DNA of 64,000 bases from Actinopolymorphaceae bacterium (GCA_036786375.1 DAIQRJ010000012.1:12267-76266); one strand, 5' to 3'; counted from the first letter of the stretch, positions 33,990 through 43,300 are shown. Translations and numbers: made by a program. The notes: generated from the sequence alone by a model not told the origin.

Positions 33990-34499
33990 GTGAACGACCG
34001 GAGTGCCGAGCTCGTCCGCACCCTGCACGACGAGCACGCCGGTCCGTTGTGGTCGTACACGCTCCGGCTCACCCATGGTGACCGCGGCCGTGCCGAGGAC
34101 ATCGTCCAGGAGACGTTGATCCGTGCGTGGCGCAACCCGGGCGCGCTGGATGAGCGGAAGGGCTCGCCGCGCGCGTGGCTGTTCGCCGTGGCGCGCAACC
34201 TGGTCGTCGACGACTGGCGGGCCCGACGTGTCCGCCCGGCACTTGCTCCGGAGAACGCGCCGGAGCCCACGACCGACGACGAGTCCGACGCGGTGTTGCA
34301 GTCGTTGCTGGTGGAAGAGGCGTTGGGACGGTTGACGAACCCGCATCGAGAGGTCCTGCTCGAGTGCTACTTCCGGGGGTCGAGCGTCGCGCAGGCGGCG
34401 GCGGTGCTCGGGATCCCGGCCGGGACGGTGAAATCGCGTGCGCACTACGCGCTGCACGCGCTCAAGCTCGTGCTGGAGGAGATGGGGGTGGTGATGTGA
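33990..34499 (+). CDS. ECF sigma-70 factor, SigL-like
   Basis: LHDEHAGPLWSY.LRL..DRGRAEDIVQETLIRAW, RAWLFAVARN.VVD.WR, GIPAGTVKSRAHYAL. Confidence 0.9.
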   Translation: MNDRSAELVRTLHDEHAGPLWSYTLRLTHGDRGRAEDIVQETLIRAWRNPGALDERKGSPRAWLFAVARNLVVDDWRARRVRPALAPENAPEPTTDDESDAVLQSLLVEEALGRLTNPHREVLLECYFRGSSVAQAAAVLGIPAGTVKSRAHYALHALKLVLEEMGVVM

Positions 34500-35173
34500 G
34501 CAGCGCGGACGAGTACTACTCGTGGGACGCGGCCTACGTTCTTGGCGCGCTGTCGACCATCGACCGCCAGGCGTTCGAGCGGCACATGGCCGGGTGCGGG
34601 GAGTGCCGACGTTCGGTGCAGTCCCTCGCGGGGCTCCCGGGTTTGCTGGCACCCAGCCGGAGCCACGTGCTCAGGGCGGGATCCGATCCGGACGACGGCG
34701 TGCCCGACACGCTGTTGCCGGCTCTGCTCGCCGACGTCGGCCGCGAGCGTCGTCGCCGGCGTTGGCTCACGACCGTCGGGACAGCTGTCGCCGCCGCGTC
34801 GCTCGCCATCCTGGGAACGCTCACGGTCCAGGCGAGCAACACCCCGGTCGCACCTCCGACGGCCGCGGTCACCCAGCTTCCGCTGGCGCCGCTCGTGAAC
34901 GGCCCGATGACCGCGTCGGTCGACCTCACCCGCAAGGCGTGGGGTACGGGTATCACGATCCACTGCACGTACGAGGCCGGCAGCTGGGGTCAGCCGACCT
35001 ATGCGCTGGTCGTCATCGACCGGTCCGGCGTCAAGCAGCAGGCGGCGTCCTGGATCGGCGTGCCCGGCACGTCGGCGACGGTGCAGGCGTCGACGTCCTA
35101 CCACCCGGAGGACATCAGCTCGGTCGAGGTGACCGTGGCCGGCGGGCAGCCGATCCTCGAGGGCAAGCCGTAA
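34496..35173 (+). CDS. Membrane-anchored zinc-binding anti-sigma factor (zf-HC2, RslA-like)
   Basis: DAAYVLGALS, FERHMAGCGEC (HxxxCxxC), one TM helix; GTGA overlap with the sigma gene. Confidence 0.88.
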   Translation: MSSADEYYSWDAAYVLGALSTIDRQAFERHMAGCGECRRSVQSLAGLPGLLAPSRSHVLRAGSDPDDGVPDTLLPALLADVGRERRRRRWLTTVGTAVAAASLAILGTLTVQASNTPVAPPTAAVTQLPLAPLVNGPMTASVDLTRKAWGTGITIHCTYEAGSWGQPTYALVVIDRSGVKQQAASWIGVPGTSATVQASTSYHPEDISSVEVTVAGGQPILEGKP

Positions 35174-35184
35174 CGGCAGATCGG

Positions 35185-35832
35185 CTAGCCGTCGAACGAC
35201 GACCGGAAGAAGCTCTCGGTGGCCGAGAGGCGTCGCGCCTTGAGGGTGCCCAGGGTGAGCGTGCCGACGAAGCGGATGAGCGGGCCGTCGTCGCCGGAAC
35301 TGCCGCCGGTGACCTGCGACTTCCCGAGCGGGGTGGACAGCCCGCTGATGTCCACGCGCATACCGGCCGGCACGAAGACGTCGATCGAGGCGAGGATCCC
35401 GGTCACCTCGACATCGACCGTCGGCGTGGTGAGCTTCGCCTGGGTGAAGTCGAGGACGACCTTGCCGAGCGTGACGTTCACCTGCAGCCGTCCGGGCACC
35501 TCCCAGTAGCCCTGACGCCGGGTCTTCGAGAGTGTCGCGCCGACGATCGCCGGTGCGCTGACCACGGCCGAGCCCGGCGCCGGGAGGTCGGCCGTCAGCG
35601 GCTCGAGCTCGGCGCGGGTCTTGGCGGCCGAGGCGAGCTCGATACGGCTCTCGAGTTCTTCGATCGTCAGGAAGCCCCGGCCGGCCGCATCCTGGATGAG
35701 GTCGATGACAGCATTGCGGTCGTCGTCGGACACCCGCACCGCGGGGACCGCCGGGACAGCGGGAACCCCGGACCGAGCGGGCTGTGCGGGGTGATCGTCA
35801 GCCGCGTCGGGCACGTTCGGGAAGTCGTCCAT
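35185..35832 (-). CDS. DUF1707 domain protein with LiaF-like C-terminus
   Basis: RVSDDDRNAVIDLIQDAAGRGFLTIEELESR...AKTRAEL..LTADLP. Confidence 0.8.
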   Translation of the reverse strand: MDDFPNVPDAADDHPAQPARSGVPAVPAVPAVRVSDDDRNAVIDLIQDAAGRGFLTIEELESRIELASAAKTRAELEPLTADLPAPGSAVVSAPAIVGATLSKTRRQGYWEVPGRLQVNVTLGKVVLDFTQAKLTTPTVDVEVTGILASIDVFVPAGMRVDISGLSTPLGKSQVTGGSSGDDGPLIRFVGTLTLGTLKARRLSATESFFRSSFDG

Positions 35833-35894
35833 CCGGCCAACGATAGCGAGCGGGATCGGTTCGATCGCCGAGTCGATCCGGAACCTTCGCGGTG

Positions 35895-36641
35895 TCAGCG
35901 CGGAGCGAGGATGTAGCTCATTCCGTGGATGTCCTTGACGGTGCGGGTGCTCCATACCCCGAGCCCGTGCCAGTTCATCTCGACGATGTCGACGTACACG
36001 CCGTCGCGACGGTGTTCGACCGCGGTGACCCATCCCATGTGCCCGTACCTGCTGTTCGCGCGGTCGACGCCGGGCTGGAAGACGACGATCGAGTTGGCCT
36101 GGGCGGGCAGGACGACGGTCCAGCCGTTCGCCTTGGCCGACGCGGCGACGTCTTTCGCGTTTCCGCGGACCAACGGATACACACCGGTCCGTTTGTGGAA
36201 GTACTCGTATGCGCCCCACGTGCAGTTGCCGCTCGCCCCGCTGTTGTAGGTCCGAGTCTTTCCCCACGTCCGCCCCGTTTCGCTGGCACACGTCCTGGTG
36301 ATGGACCCGTTCGATCCGGTGCGCAGGAAGGCATCGCTGACGTATCCGCCTTTTTTCGTGCGGTACCAGAGCTTTGTCTTCAGCCCGGCCGGGCTCTTCA
36401 CCGACATCCCGCTTATCGAGCAGTCGAGGGCGACGGACGACTTGTTCTTCAGCCGGCGCAGGACCGGCGACGCCGTGTTGGGCGCCTGCCGGACGTTGAG
36501 GGCCGAGCCGCTCGTCCGGACGACGCCGGTCGGTACGGCGGCGTCGACGCTCGCGGCCACGGTGACACCGGCCCCTGCGACGAGCATCGCGGCGACGCCG
36601 ATTGTCGAGAGGCGGCGAATCAAGAGTCTCTTGTGTGTCAT
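35895..36641 (-). CDS. Secreted CHAP-domain cell-wall amidase with SH3-like domain
   Basis: Signal peptide, LNVRQAPNT..GYVSDAF SH3-like segment, GNCTW (Cys), YGHMGWV (His), VEMNW. Confidence 0.85.
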   Translation of the reverse strand: MTHKRLLIRRLSTIGVAAMLVAGAGVTVAASVDAAVPTGVVRTSGSALNVRQAPNTASPVLRRLKNKSSVALDCSISGMSVKSPAGLKTKLWYRTKKGGYVSDAFLRTGSNGSITRTCASETGRTWGKTRTYNSGASGNCTWGAYEYFHKRTGVYPLVRGNAKDVAASAKANGWTVVLPAQANSIVVFQPGVDRANSRYGHMGWVTAVEHRRDGVYVDIVEMNWHGLGVWSTRTVKDIHGMSYILAPR

Positions 36642-36678
36642 GTCTCTGTATTCACTCTTCTCCCTCGGGCCGATAATC

Positions 36679-36710
36679 GTCACATGCGTCACTATCGTCA
36701 CCACAGACAC
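36679..36710. promoter_or_regulatory. Four G(T/A)CAC direct repeats with exact 9-bp periodicity (MtrA-box-like) upstream of the CHAP gene
   Basis: GTCAC at 36679, 36688 and 36697; GACAC at 36706. Confidence 0.55.
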
Positions 36711-37025
36711 GGGAATATGCAAGCAAAATGACCAGATAGTGGGCATCACAACACCGAGAGTGAGGTTCAAAGAAAGTGACGCCGGTGTAATTACAAAGAT
36801 GTATTTCATTGCTTTCCTGCCGCCCGTTTCGGCCGTCCGTCGGGCGCTCCCGGGCTCGTTACACGCTTGTGATCAATGGCAGGAACAGGCCAGATCTGTC
36901 CGTCCAGACGGCTCTGCGGTCCTTGCCCGCCGGTGGTTCGCCGTGTTCGATCTCACACACAGCACGACGCGCCTGCGTGCTCCGCCAGACCGGCGCAAAC
37001 TCCCCTTGTCCCTCCGGAGGCCGTT

Positions 37026-39146
37026 GTGTCCATCTCCACTTCCCGCCGCACCATCCTCAAAGTCGCCGCCATCTCCGCCGGCGGCGTTGCGCTCGCCGCG
37101 TGCGGCAGTTCGAAGTCCAGCACCGGAAGCAAGTCGACCGACGCGTCGACCGGCGCCAGCACGGGTAAGGGGTCGGCAAAGGAGCCGCTCCCCAAGCCCG
37201 CGGCGTTCCAGGAGTCACCGCTCCTGACGAAGCAGGCCGAGGCGGGCACGATCCCGAAGCTCGCCGACCGGCTCCCCGAAGAGCCTTACGTCATCCCGCA
37301 CAACTGGGTGCAGAAGGGCAAGTACGGCGGCAAGCTGAAGATGAACATCAGCAGCACGAACGACGGCTGGGTCGGTGAGTGGTTCTACAGCCACGGCATG
37401 CTGCGATACCTCAACGACGGGCAGACCATCGGTCCCGGCGTCATCACCAAGTGGACCTCGAACGCGGACGCGTCGGAGTGGAACTTCACCCTGCGCAAGG
37501 GTCTGAAGTGGTCCGACGGTGAGCCGGTGACCACGGCCGACATCCTGTTCTGGTGGAACGACCTGGTGAACTACCCGGACTCGCTCAAGACCGCGCCCGA
37601 CGAGGCCAAGTCGGGCAAGGGCACGCTCTGCAAGCTGACCGCGAAGGACGACCTGACCTTCACGATGAAGTTCGACGCGCCGGCGCCGTTGACCGCGGAC
37701 CGGATGGCGATGTGGACCAACGGCTCCGCGGGAAGCGGCCCGATCTGGATCGTCCCGGCGCACTACGCCAAGCAGTTCCACCCGAGATACGCGAAGGTGC
37801 CGGCGAGCTGGGCCGGGGTCGGCGGGCTCTGGGAGCGGAGCATGTCGCAGCGTGTCAATCCGAAGTGCCCGACGTTGCTGCCGTTCAAGCTCACCAAGTA
37901 CAACGAGGGCCGCTCGCTCACCTGGGAGCGCAATCCCTACGCCTATGAGGTCACGAAGGAGGGCGACCAGCTGCCCTACATCGACGGCATCACGATGACC
38001 GTCGTGCAGGACTTCCAGGTCGGCAAGATCCAGATCGCCGCCGGCAAGGTCGATATCGTGCACGGCCCGCAGAGCTCGCTCATTCTCGCCGACGTGTCGA
38101 CGCTCAACAAGGCGAAGGCCAAGGCGGACATCGACATCTTCCTGTGGGACGGCGGCGCCGGTGCGGCCGGCACGTTCATCGCGTCCCTCGACTACTACGA
38201 AAAGCCCTACCGTGATCTGTTCCGCGAACCGAAGTTCCGCCAGGCGATCTCGCTGTGCATCAATCGGGCCGAAGCCAAGAAGTCGGTCTACTTCGAGCAG
38301 GGCGAGCTCACGACCGGCACGATGAGCCCCAAGGCGATCGAATACCTCGTCAACGACACGGGCAAGGCCGCGTATGTCTCGTGGCGCGACTCGTTCGTGA
38401 AGTACGACCCGGACGCAGCCAAAGCCCTGCTCGACGGACTCGGCCTCAAAGATACGAACAAGGACGGCTTCCGCGAGTTCCCCGACGGGACCCGACTTCG
38501 GCTCCGTTCCGACCGGTCGGCGACCACCGGTGATGACACGAAAGCCAAGGACACTCTGCTCATCCGCGACATGAAGGCCGTCGGCATCGAGATGATCATC
38601 AACCCGGTCGACCCGCTGTCCTTCGACTCTCACTGGACGTACGGAAAGTACATGGTCCGCACCGACTGGGGTATCGGTGACGGCCCGAACCACCTCGTCT
38701 ACCCACAATGGGTCGTGCCGATCGAATCGACTCGCTGGTCACCGCTGGTCGGCGCCATGTACAACGCGCGGGGAACGAAGGTGTACACGAGCGAACTCGA
38801 TCTCGACCCCTGGAAGCGGCACCCCCCGCGGGTCATGCCCGAGAAGGGCAGCGCGATCCAGAAGTTGTGGGATCTCTACGACACCACGAAGGTCGAGCCC
38901 GACTTCATGAAGCGCACCGCGACGGTCTGGGAGATGATCAAGGTGCACGTCGAGAACGGTCCTTACACGATCGGCACCGTCGCCAATATCCCCGATATCG
39001 TGGTGAAGAAGACCGACCTGAAGAACGTCCCCAGCAAAGAGAACCTCGCGCTCGGTGGATTCGCCGATCCGTGGATCCACCCGACCCCGGCCGTCTACGA
39101 CCCAGAGGCCTACTACTGGGATCACCCCGAACAGCACACCCTCTGA
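37026..39146 (+). CDS. ABC transporter substrate-binding lipoprotein, family 5 (peptide/oligosaccharide type)
   Basis: Tat-lipoprotein signal SRRTILK...LAAC, ESPLL..Q.EAG.IP.LADRLP, FTLRKGLKWSDGEP.TTAD, LPYID, FRQAIS..INR. Confidence 0.9.
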   Translation: MSISTSRRTILKVAAISAGGVALAACGSSKSSTGSKSTDASTGASTGKGSAKEPLPKPAAFQESPLLTKQAEAGTIPKLADRLPEEPYVIPHNWVQKGKYGGKLKMNISSTNDGWVGEWFYSHGMLRYLNDGQTIGPGVITKWTSNADASEWNFTLRKGLKWSDGEPVTTADILFWWNDLVNYPDSLKTAPDEAKSGKGTLCKLTAKDDLTFTMKFDAPAPLTADRMAMWTNGSAGSGPIWIVPAHYAKQFHPRYAKVPASWAGVGGLWERSMSQRVNPKCPTLLPFKLTKYNEGRSLTWERNPYAYEVTKEGDQLPYIDGITMTVVQDFQVGKIQIAAGKVDIVHGPQSSLILADVSTLNKAKAKADIDIFLWDGGAGAAGTFIASLDYYEKPYRDLFREPKFRQAISLCINRAEAKKSVYFEQGELTTGTMSPKAIEYLVNDTGKAAYVSWRDSFVKYDPDAAKALLDGLGLKDTNKDGFREFPDGTRLRLRSDRSATTGDDTKAKDTLLIRDMKAVGIEMIINPVDPLSFDSHWTYGKYMVRTDWGIGDGPNHLVYPQWVVPIESTRWSPLVGAMYNARGTKVYTSELDLDPWKRHPPRVMPEKGSAIQKLWDLYDTTKVEPDFMKRTATVWEMIKVHVENGPYTIGTVANIPDIVVKKTDLKNVPSKENLALGGFADPWIHPTPAVYDPEAYYWDHPEQHTL

Positions 39147-39214
39147 TCGATCCCGGCCGGCGCAGCCCGGGCCCAACCCAGAACGACCCGTAGCCCGGAA
39201 AGAGGCACTGCTCC

Positions 39215-40003
39215 ATGACTTCCCCCGCCAAGCTGTCAACCGACGGTCTCGACGACAAGAGCCTTGCGCAAGCCCTGCGCAGTCTCCACGACTCGGGTAT
39301 GGCAACAATCGAGAACCCTTACACCGCGGACGAGGTCGCGACGTTGAGGGACGCGTACGACGCGTTGCTCGACGCACGGCCCGAAGGCAAGGTGCAGCCG
39401 ACCGACGGTGAGCGCCATGTCCAGATGCAGATGCCGCTGGTGCCGCCGTTCTCCGACCCCACCACGGTCGCGCATCCCGTGGTGACACAGATCCTCTCCA
39501 TCGTTCTCGGGCCGGATTTCGAGTGCAGTTACTACAACTCCAACACGGCGTACCCGGGCTCGACGTACCAGCGGGTGCACCGTGATTCGGGGCTGATCTT
39601 CGGCACCGAGCAGAGTGGGGCGACGCCGCCGACCGGCATCGTCGTCAACATCCCGCTCTGCGACTTCACCGTCGAGAACGGCAGCACCGAGGTGTGGCCG
39701 GCGACCCACCTGATCGTCGACACCCCCGACGATGTCGAGGTGGCGCTGGACGATCGGACGAAGGTGCTCGCGTCCTCACGGCTCAACGTGACGGCGGGCT
39801 CGATCGTCCTGCGTGACCTGCGGGTCTGGCACCGCGGGGTTCCGAACAACTCCGACCACCAGCGCTCCATGCTGGCGATCGTCTACAAGCGCCACTTCCT
39901 CGGGTGGCGGCACAAGTCGCTGCGTGTGCCTGCGAGCACGTGGGACTCGTGGCCGGCCGACGTCCGGTCGATCTTCGAGAGCGCACCCAAGGACGCCGAC
40001 TGA
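39215..40003 (+). CDS. Phytanoyl-CoA dioxygenase (PhyH) family Fe(II)/2-oxoglutarate oxygenase, KanJ-like
   Basis: Facial triad HRD...H (QRVHRD, VWHRG), NIPLCDFTVENGSTEVWPATH, GSIVLRDLRVWHRGVPN. Confidence 0.85.
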   Translation: MTSPAKLSTDGLDDKSLAQALRSLHDSGMATIENPYTADEVATLRDAYDALLDARPEGKVQPTDGERHVQMQMPLVPPFSDPTTVAHPVVTQILSIVLGPDFECSYYNSNTAYPGSTYQRVHRDSGLIFGTEQSGATPPTGIVVNIPLCDFTVENGSTEVWPATHLIVDTPDDVEVALDDRTKVLASSRLNVTAGSIVLRDLRVWHRGVPNNSDHQRSMLAIVYKRHFLGWRHKSLRVPASTWDSWPADVRSIFESAPKDAD

Positions 40004-42681
40004 GCTTCGGCGCCTGGAGCATCCGCCGCGCCGGTGAACCGGCGCGGCAGATTGCTGTCCCAGGAGGTTGGGAGGACGCGGGCTACGCCAAGGACGACGC
40101 CGGCCCGTTCACGTACTCGACGACCTTCGAAGTCGGCTCGCGGAGCCCCGACACCCTTGTCTCGTTGAGGTTCGGGGCGGTCAGCTATGCGTGCACGGTC
40201 CTCGTCGACGGCGTCGAGGTCGGGCGGCACGTCGGCATGTGGACGCCGTTCGACGTCGACATCACCTCGGTGGTTCGGCATGCCGGCGACACCGCCGGTG
40301 ACACGGCCGGATCGCATCGTCTCGAGGTGATCGTCGAGAAGCCGGCGAGCCTCACCGCCGGCCCCGATTCTGCGAGCGGTCCCGGCCGGTACCCGGTCCG
40401 CAGCACGCTCGCGGGATTCCTTCCTTACGTATGGGGTCACAGTCACGGCGGCATCTGGCAGGCCGTCGAAGTCGTGCTGACCCCTGCTCTGCACATCACC
40501 GAGCTCGACTGCTGGGGCGATCCCGACGGCGGGGTGCACGTCGTCGTCACCGCGTCGGGCGACACCGACGGGCAGGTGGTCGTGAGTGACGACGACGGCG
40601 TCGCTGTTGCCGCCGCCGGCTTCCGGGCCGGTGTCTCGCCCGTGCAGGTCGTGGTCCCGGTCCGCGCGCCACTACCGTGGTCGCCCGCGGATCCACACCT
40701 GTACACGGTGTCCGCGCGGCTGGCCAACGGCGTGGTCGCCACCGCACGTATCGGTCTGCGCGCGCTGCGCGTGGGTCCCGACGTCGCGGGCAGCCGGAAC
40801 GCGCTGTGGCTGAACGGGGAACCGTTCTATCCGCGGATGCTGCTGTCCTGGGGCTGGTATCCCGATCGCCTCGTGCCGGATCCGGGCCCGCACCGTGTCC
40901 GCGAGGATCTGGAGCTCGTGCGCAGTCTCGGTTTCAACGGCGTGAAACTCTGCCTCTGGTTCCCGCCGCCGTACTACTTCGACATCGCCGACGAGCTCGG
41001 GATCGCCTTGTGGGTGGAGCTTCCGATGTGGCTGCCGCAACCGGGGGAGAGCTTCGGCGAGCAGCTGCGGGCCGAGACCGACGACCTGGTCCGGCTTGCC
41101 CGCGCACATCCCTGCGTGCTGCTGTACACGCTGGGCTGCGAGCTGGATGCCACCGTCGGCGAGGAGATCCTCGCGCCGCAGTACCGGCAGGTGAAGTCGC
41201 TCGTGCGGGATGCGCTGGTGTGCGACAACTCCGGCTCGGGGGAGGCGTACGGCGGCGTCGGGACTGTGCCGACGGATTTCTACGACCACCATCTCTACTG
41301 CGAACTCGAGCATGCCGAGGAGACGTTCGACTACTTCGCACCAGGCTGGCGAGCCCCGAAACCCTGGCTCTTAGGGGAGTTCTGCGATCTCGACACCTAT
41401 CGGGACCTTCGCCGGAGCTCGGCGTGGTGGATCAGTGCCGATGCGCGGGTCAACCCGCAGGGAGCTCGCTGGCAGTTCGACGTCCTTGAGCTGCCGGAAC
41501 GGCTCAAGTCCGGAGGCTGGTGGGAGCGCGGCGAGCAGCTCGAGCGGATCAGCCGGCACGCCGCGTTGCTGCATCGCAAGGCCACGTTGGAGATCGTGCG
41601 TGCACGAGCCGATGTCGCGGGCTATGTCGTGACCGGCGAACGGGACACCCCGATCAGCACGGCGGGACTTCTCGACGACGACGGCCGGCTGAAGGTCGAT
41701 CCCCGCGAGTTCGCCCGGGCCAACGCCGACACCGTGTTCCTCCTCGCGGGTGACCGGCGCCGGGAGTGGACGGCCGGTGGTGACCGGCCCGCGCCACCGG
41801 ACATGTGGTGTCATCCCTGCGGCGCGGTCGTGCGGATGCACCTGCTGGTGGCCAACGCCGGGCCGGTCGAGCTCGACCCGATGGTCAGGTGGCGGATGAC
41901 CGACATCGGCACCGGGGCGGTGCTCGGGGTCGGCGTCTGCCTGCCGTCGGATCACCTGCGTGGGAACGGCATTCACGAACTGACCGGCATCGAGGTGATG
42001 CTCCCGGCCGGGGATCGGCCGGGTGTTCTCGAGCTGGCCGTCGACGGCAGTGTCGGCGGCACGCCCAGCGGGAACCGCTGGCGGCTGTGGCAGTTCCCGA
42101 CGCCCACCTGGGGCAGTGACCCCGCGTTCACCCTGCTCGACCCGGGCCGGCGGTTCGACGAGCTCCGCGGAGTCGCCACGTCGGGCCTGCAGGCCGGACG
42201 CGTTGCGCTCGCAACCCGATGGAGCCCCGAACTCGAGTTGTTCGTCCGCGCCGGTGGGGACGCGCTGCTCGCGCTCGATGACGCCGCGGACGCGCCGGTG
42301 CCGTTGGTCGCCGAGCCGTTCTGGCGCGAGGCGGTGAAGGTGATCGAGCCGCACCGGTGGTGGGGGAGCTTCCCGCACGAGGGTGTCGTGGACCTGCAGT
42401 TCCTCGGTTGCGCGACCGACCGCGCGATGGACCTCGGCGGGGTCGGGGGCGTGCGGCCGTTGCTGCGGCGCATCGACGCCCGGACCGGCCGAACGCACGA
42501 CTATGCCGCGGAAGTCGCCGTGGGCAAGGGAAAAGTCCTCATGACGACACTGCGCTTCGAGGGTGGCCGGGGTTCGCAGCCGCGCGGCCTTACTGCGAAT
42601 GTCGGCGCGGCGTACCTGCTGGCGACGTGGATGCGGGGCCTCGCCGCCGATCAGCTGCGCTCGGCGAGCCCACGCAGGTAG
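40000..42681 (+). CDS. GH2-like glycoside hydrolase with long C-terminal extension
   Basis: AVPGGW sugar-binding domain, RFGAVSY, GGIWQ.V, PWSPADPHLY, GFNGVKLCLW, HPCVLLYTLGCE, LGEF. Start uncertain; CTG overlapping the upstream TGA assumed. Confidence 0.75.
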   Translation: MSFGAWSIRRAGEPARQIAVPGGWEDAGYAKDDAGPFTYSTTFEVGSRSPDTLVSLRFGAVSYACTVLVDGVEVGRHVGMWTPFDVDITSVVRHAGDTAGDTAGSHRLEVIVEKPASLTAGPDSASGPGRYPVRSTLAGFLPYVWGHSHGGIWQAVEVVLTPALHITELDCWGDPDGGVHVVVTASGDTDGQVVVSDDDGVAVAAAGFRAGVSPVQVVVPVRAPLPWSPADPHLYTVSARLANGVVATARIGLRALRVGPDVAGSRNALWLNGEPFYPRMLLSWGWYPDRLVPDPGPHRVREDLELVRSLGFNGVKLCLWFPPPYYFDIADELGIALWVELPMWLPQPGESFGEQLRAETDDLVRLARAHPCVLLYTLGCELDATVGEEILAPQYRQVKSLVRDALVCDNSGSGEAYGGVGTVPTDFYDHHLYCELEHAEETFDYFAPGWRAPKPWLLGEFCDLDTYRDLRRSSAWWISADARVNPQGARWQFDVLELPERLKSGGWWERGEQLERISRHAALLHRKATLEIVRARADVAGYVVTGERDTPISTAGLLDDDGRLKVDPREFARANADTVFLLAGDRRREWTAGGDRPAPPDMWCHPCGAVVRMHLLVANAGPVELDPMVRWRMTDIGTGAVLGVGVCLPSDHLRGNGIHELTGIEVMLPAGDRPGVLELAVDGSVGGTPSGNRWRLWQFPTPTWGSDPAFTLLDPGRRFDELRGVATSGLQAGRVALATRWSPELELFVRAGGDALLALDDAADAPVPLVAEPFWREAVKVIEPHRWWGSFPHEGVVDLQFLGCATDRAMDLGGVGGVRPLLRRIDARTGRTHDYAAEVAVGKGKVLMTTLRFEGGRGSQPRGLTANVGAAYLLATWMRGLAADQLRSASPRR

Positions 42682-43163
42682 GCGGCCTGACCGATGTGCT
42701 GGGCGTCGTCGTCGATGACGCTGACGAGCCGCACGGCCAGCGTCACCGGCGGCGTCCACGATTCGTCCACCACCCGCGCCAGGTCCGCATCTGTCAGCGT
42801 GCCGACATAGGCGACCGTCCGGTCGAACACCGCGTCGTGATAGCCGGCGAGCAGGGCGCCGGAGTCCATCTCGACGGCAGCGACCTCGTCGGCCGACTGC
42901 CCATAGCCGGTCGCGGCCGGGTCGAACGGGAAACCGAGGCGATGGAACCAGCCGTCGCTCGTCCACACCTGCTCGGCGCCCTCGACGTCGGCGAGGTGGT
43001 CGTCCTGGACCCGGGTCAGGTGCCAGACCAGCCAGGCGATCGAGTTCGCGCCCGGGTCGGGTCGGAACGTGAGCTCGGCGGCGCCGAGGCCGTCCAGGAC
43101 GGCGTGCACGTTGTCGCGGACACGGCCGAATCCGTCGATCAGCAGGTCGGTTGCTGCGGACAT
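42651..43163 (-). CDS. DinB/DUF664 family (mycothiol transferase-like) protein
   Basis: RPDPGANSIAWLVWHLTRVQDDH, VRLVSVIDDDAQHIGQAAY. Confidence 0.85.
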   Translation of the reverse strand: MSAATDLLIDGFGRVRDNVHAVLDGLGAAELTFRPDPGANSIAWLVWHLTRVQDDHLADVEGAEQVWTSDGWFHRLGFPFDPAATGYGQSADEVAAVEMDSGALLAGYHDAVFDRTVAYVGTLTDADLARVVDESWTPPVTLAVRLVSVIDDDAQHIGQAAYLRGLAERS

Positions 43164-43300
43164 GGCATTCACCTCGGGACTCGGATGTGGACGGGCGGGA
43201 TCGCCTGCCCACCTGCTTACCACGTGGGTGTCTTGCCCTCGTGGTCGGCGTCTGGTCTGCTGGCATGGACGTGTTGCCACCTGTACCGGAAGGACGTCCG

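Noticed and set aside
36642-36850. c-di-AMP (ydaO) riboswitch upstream of the CHAP gene
   Set aside because: Plausible by context, but the conserved ydaO sequence blocks are not visible on the minus strand.
40282-40310. AGDT-AGDT-AG short repeat in the GH2-like gene
   Set aside because: A small degenerate in-frame loop duplication with no evident significance.
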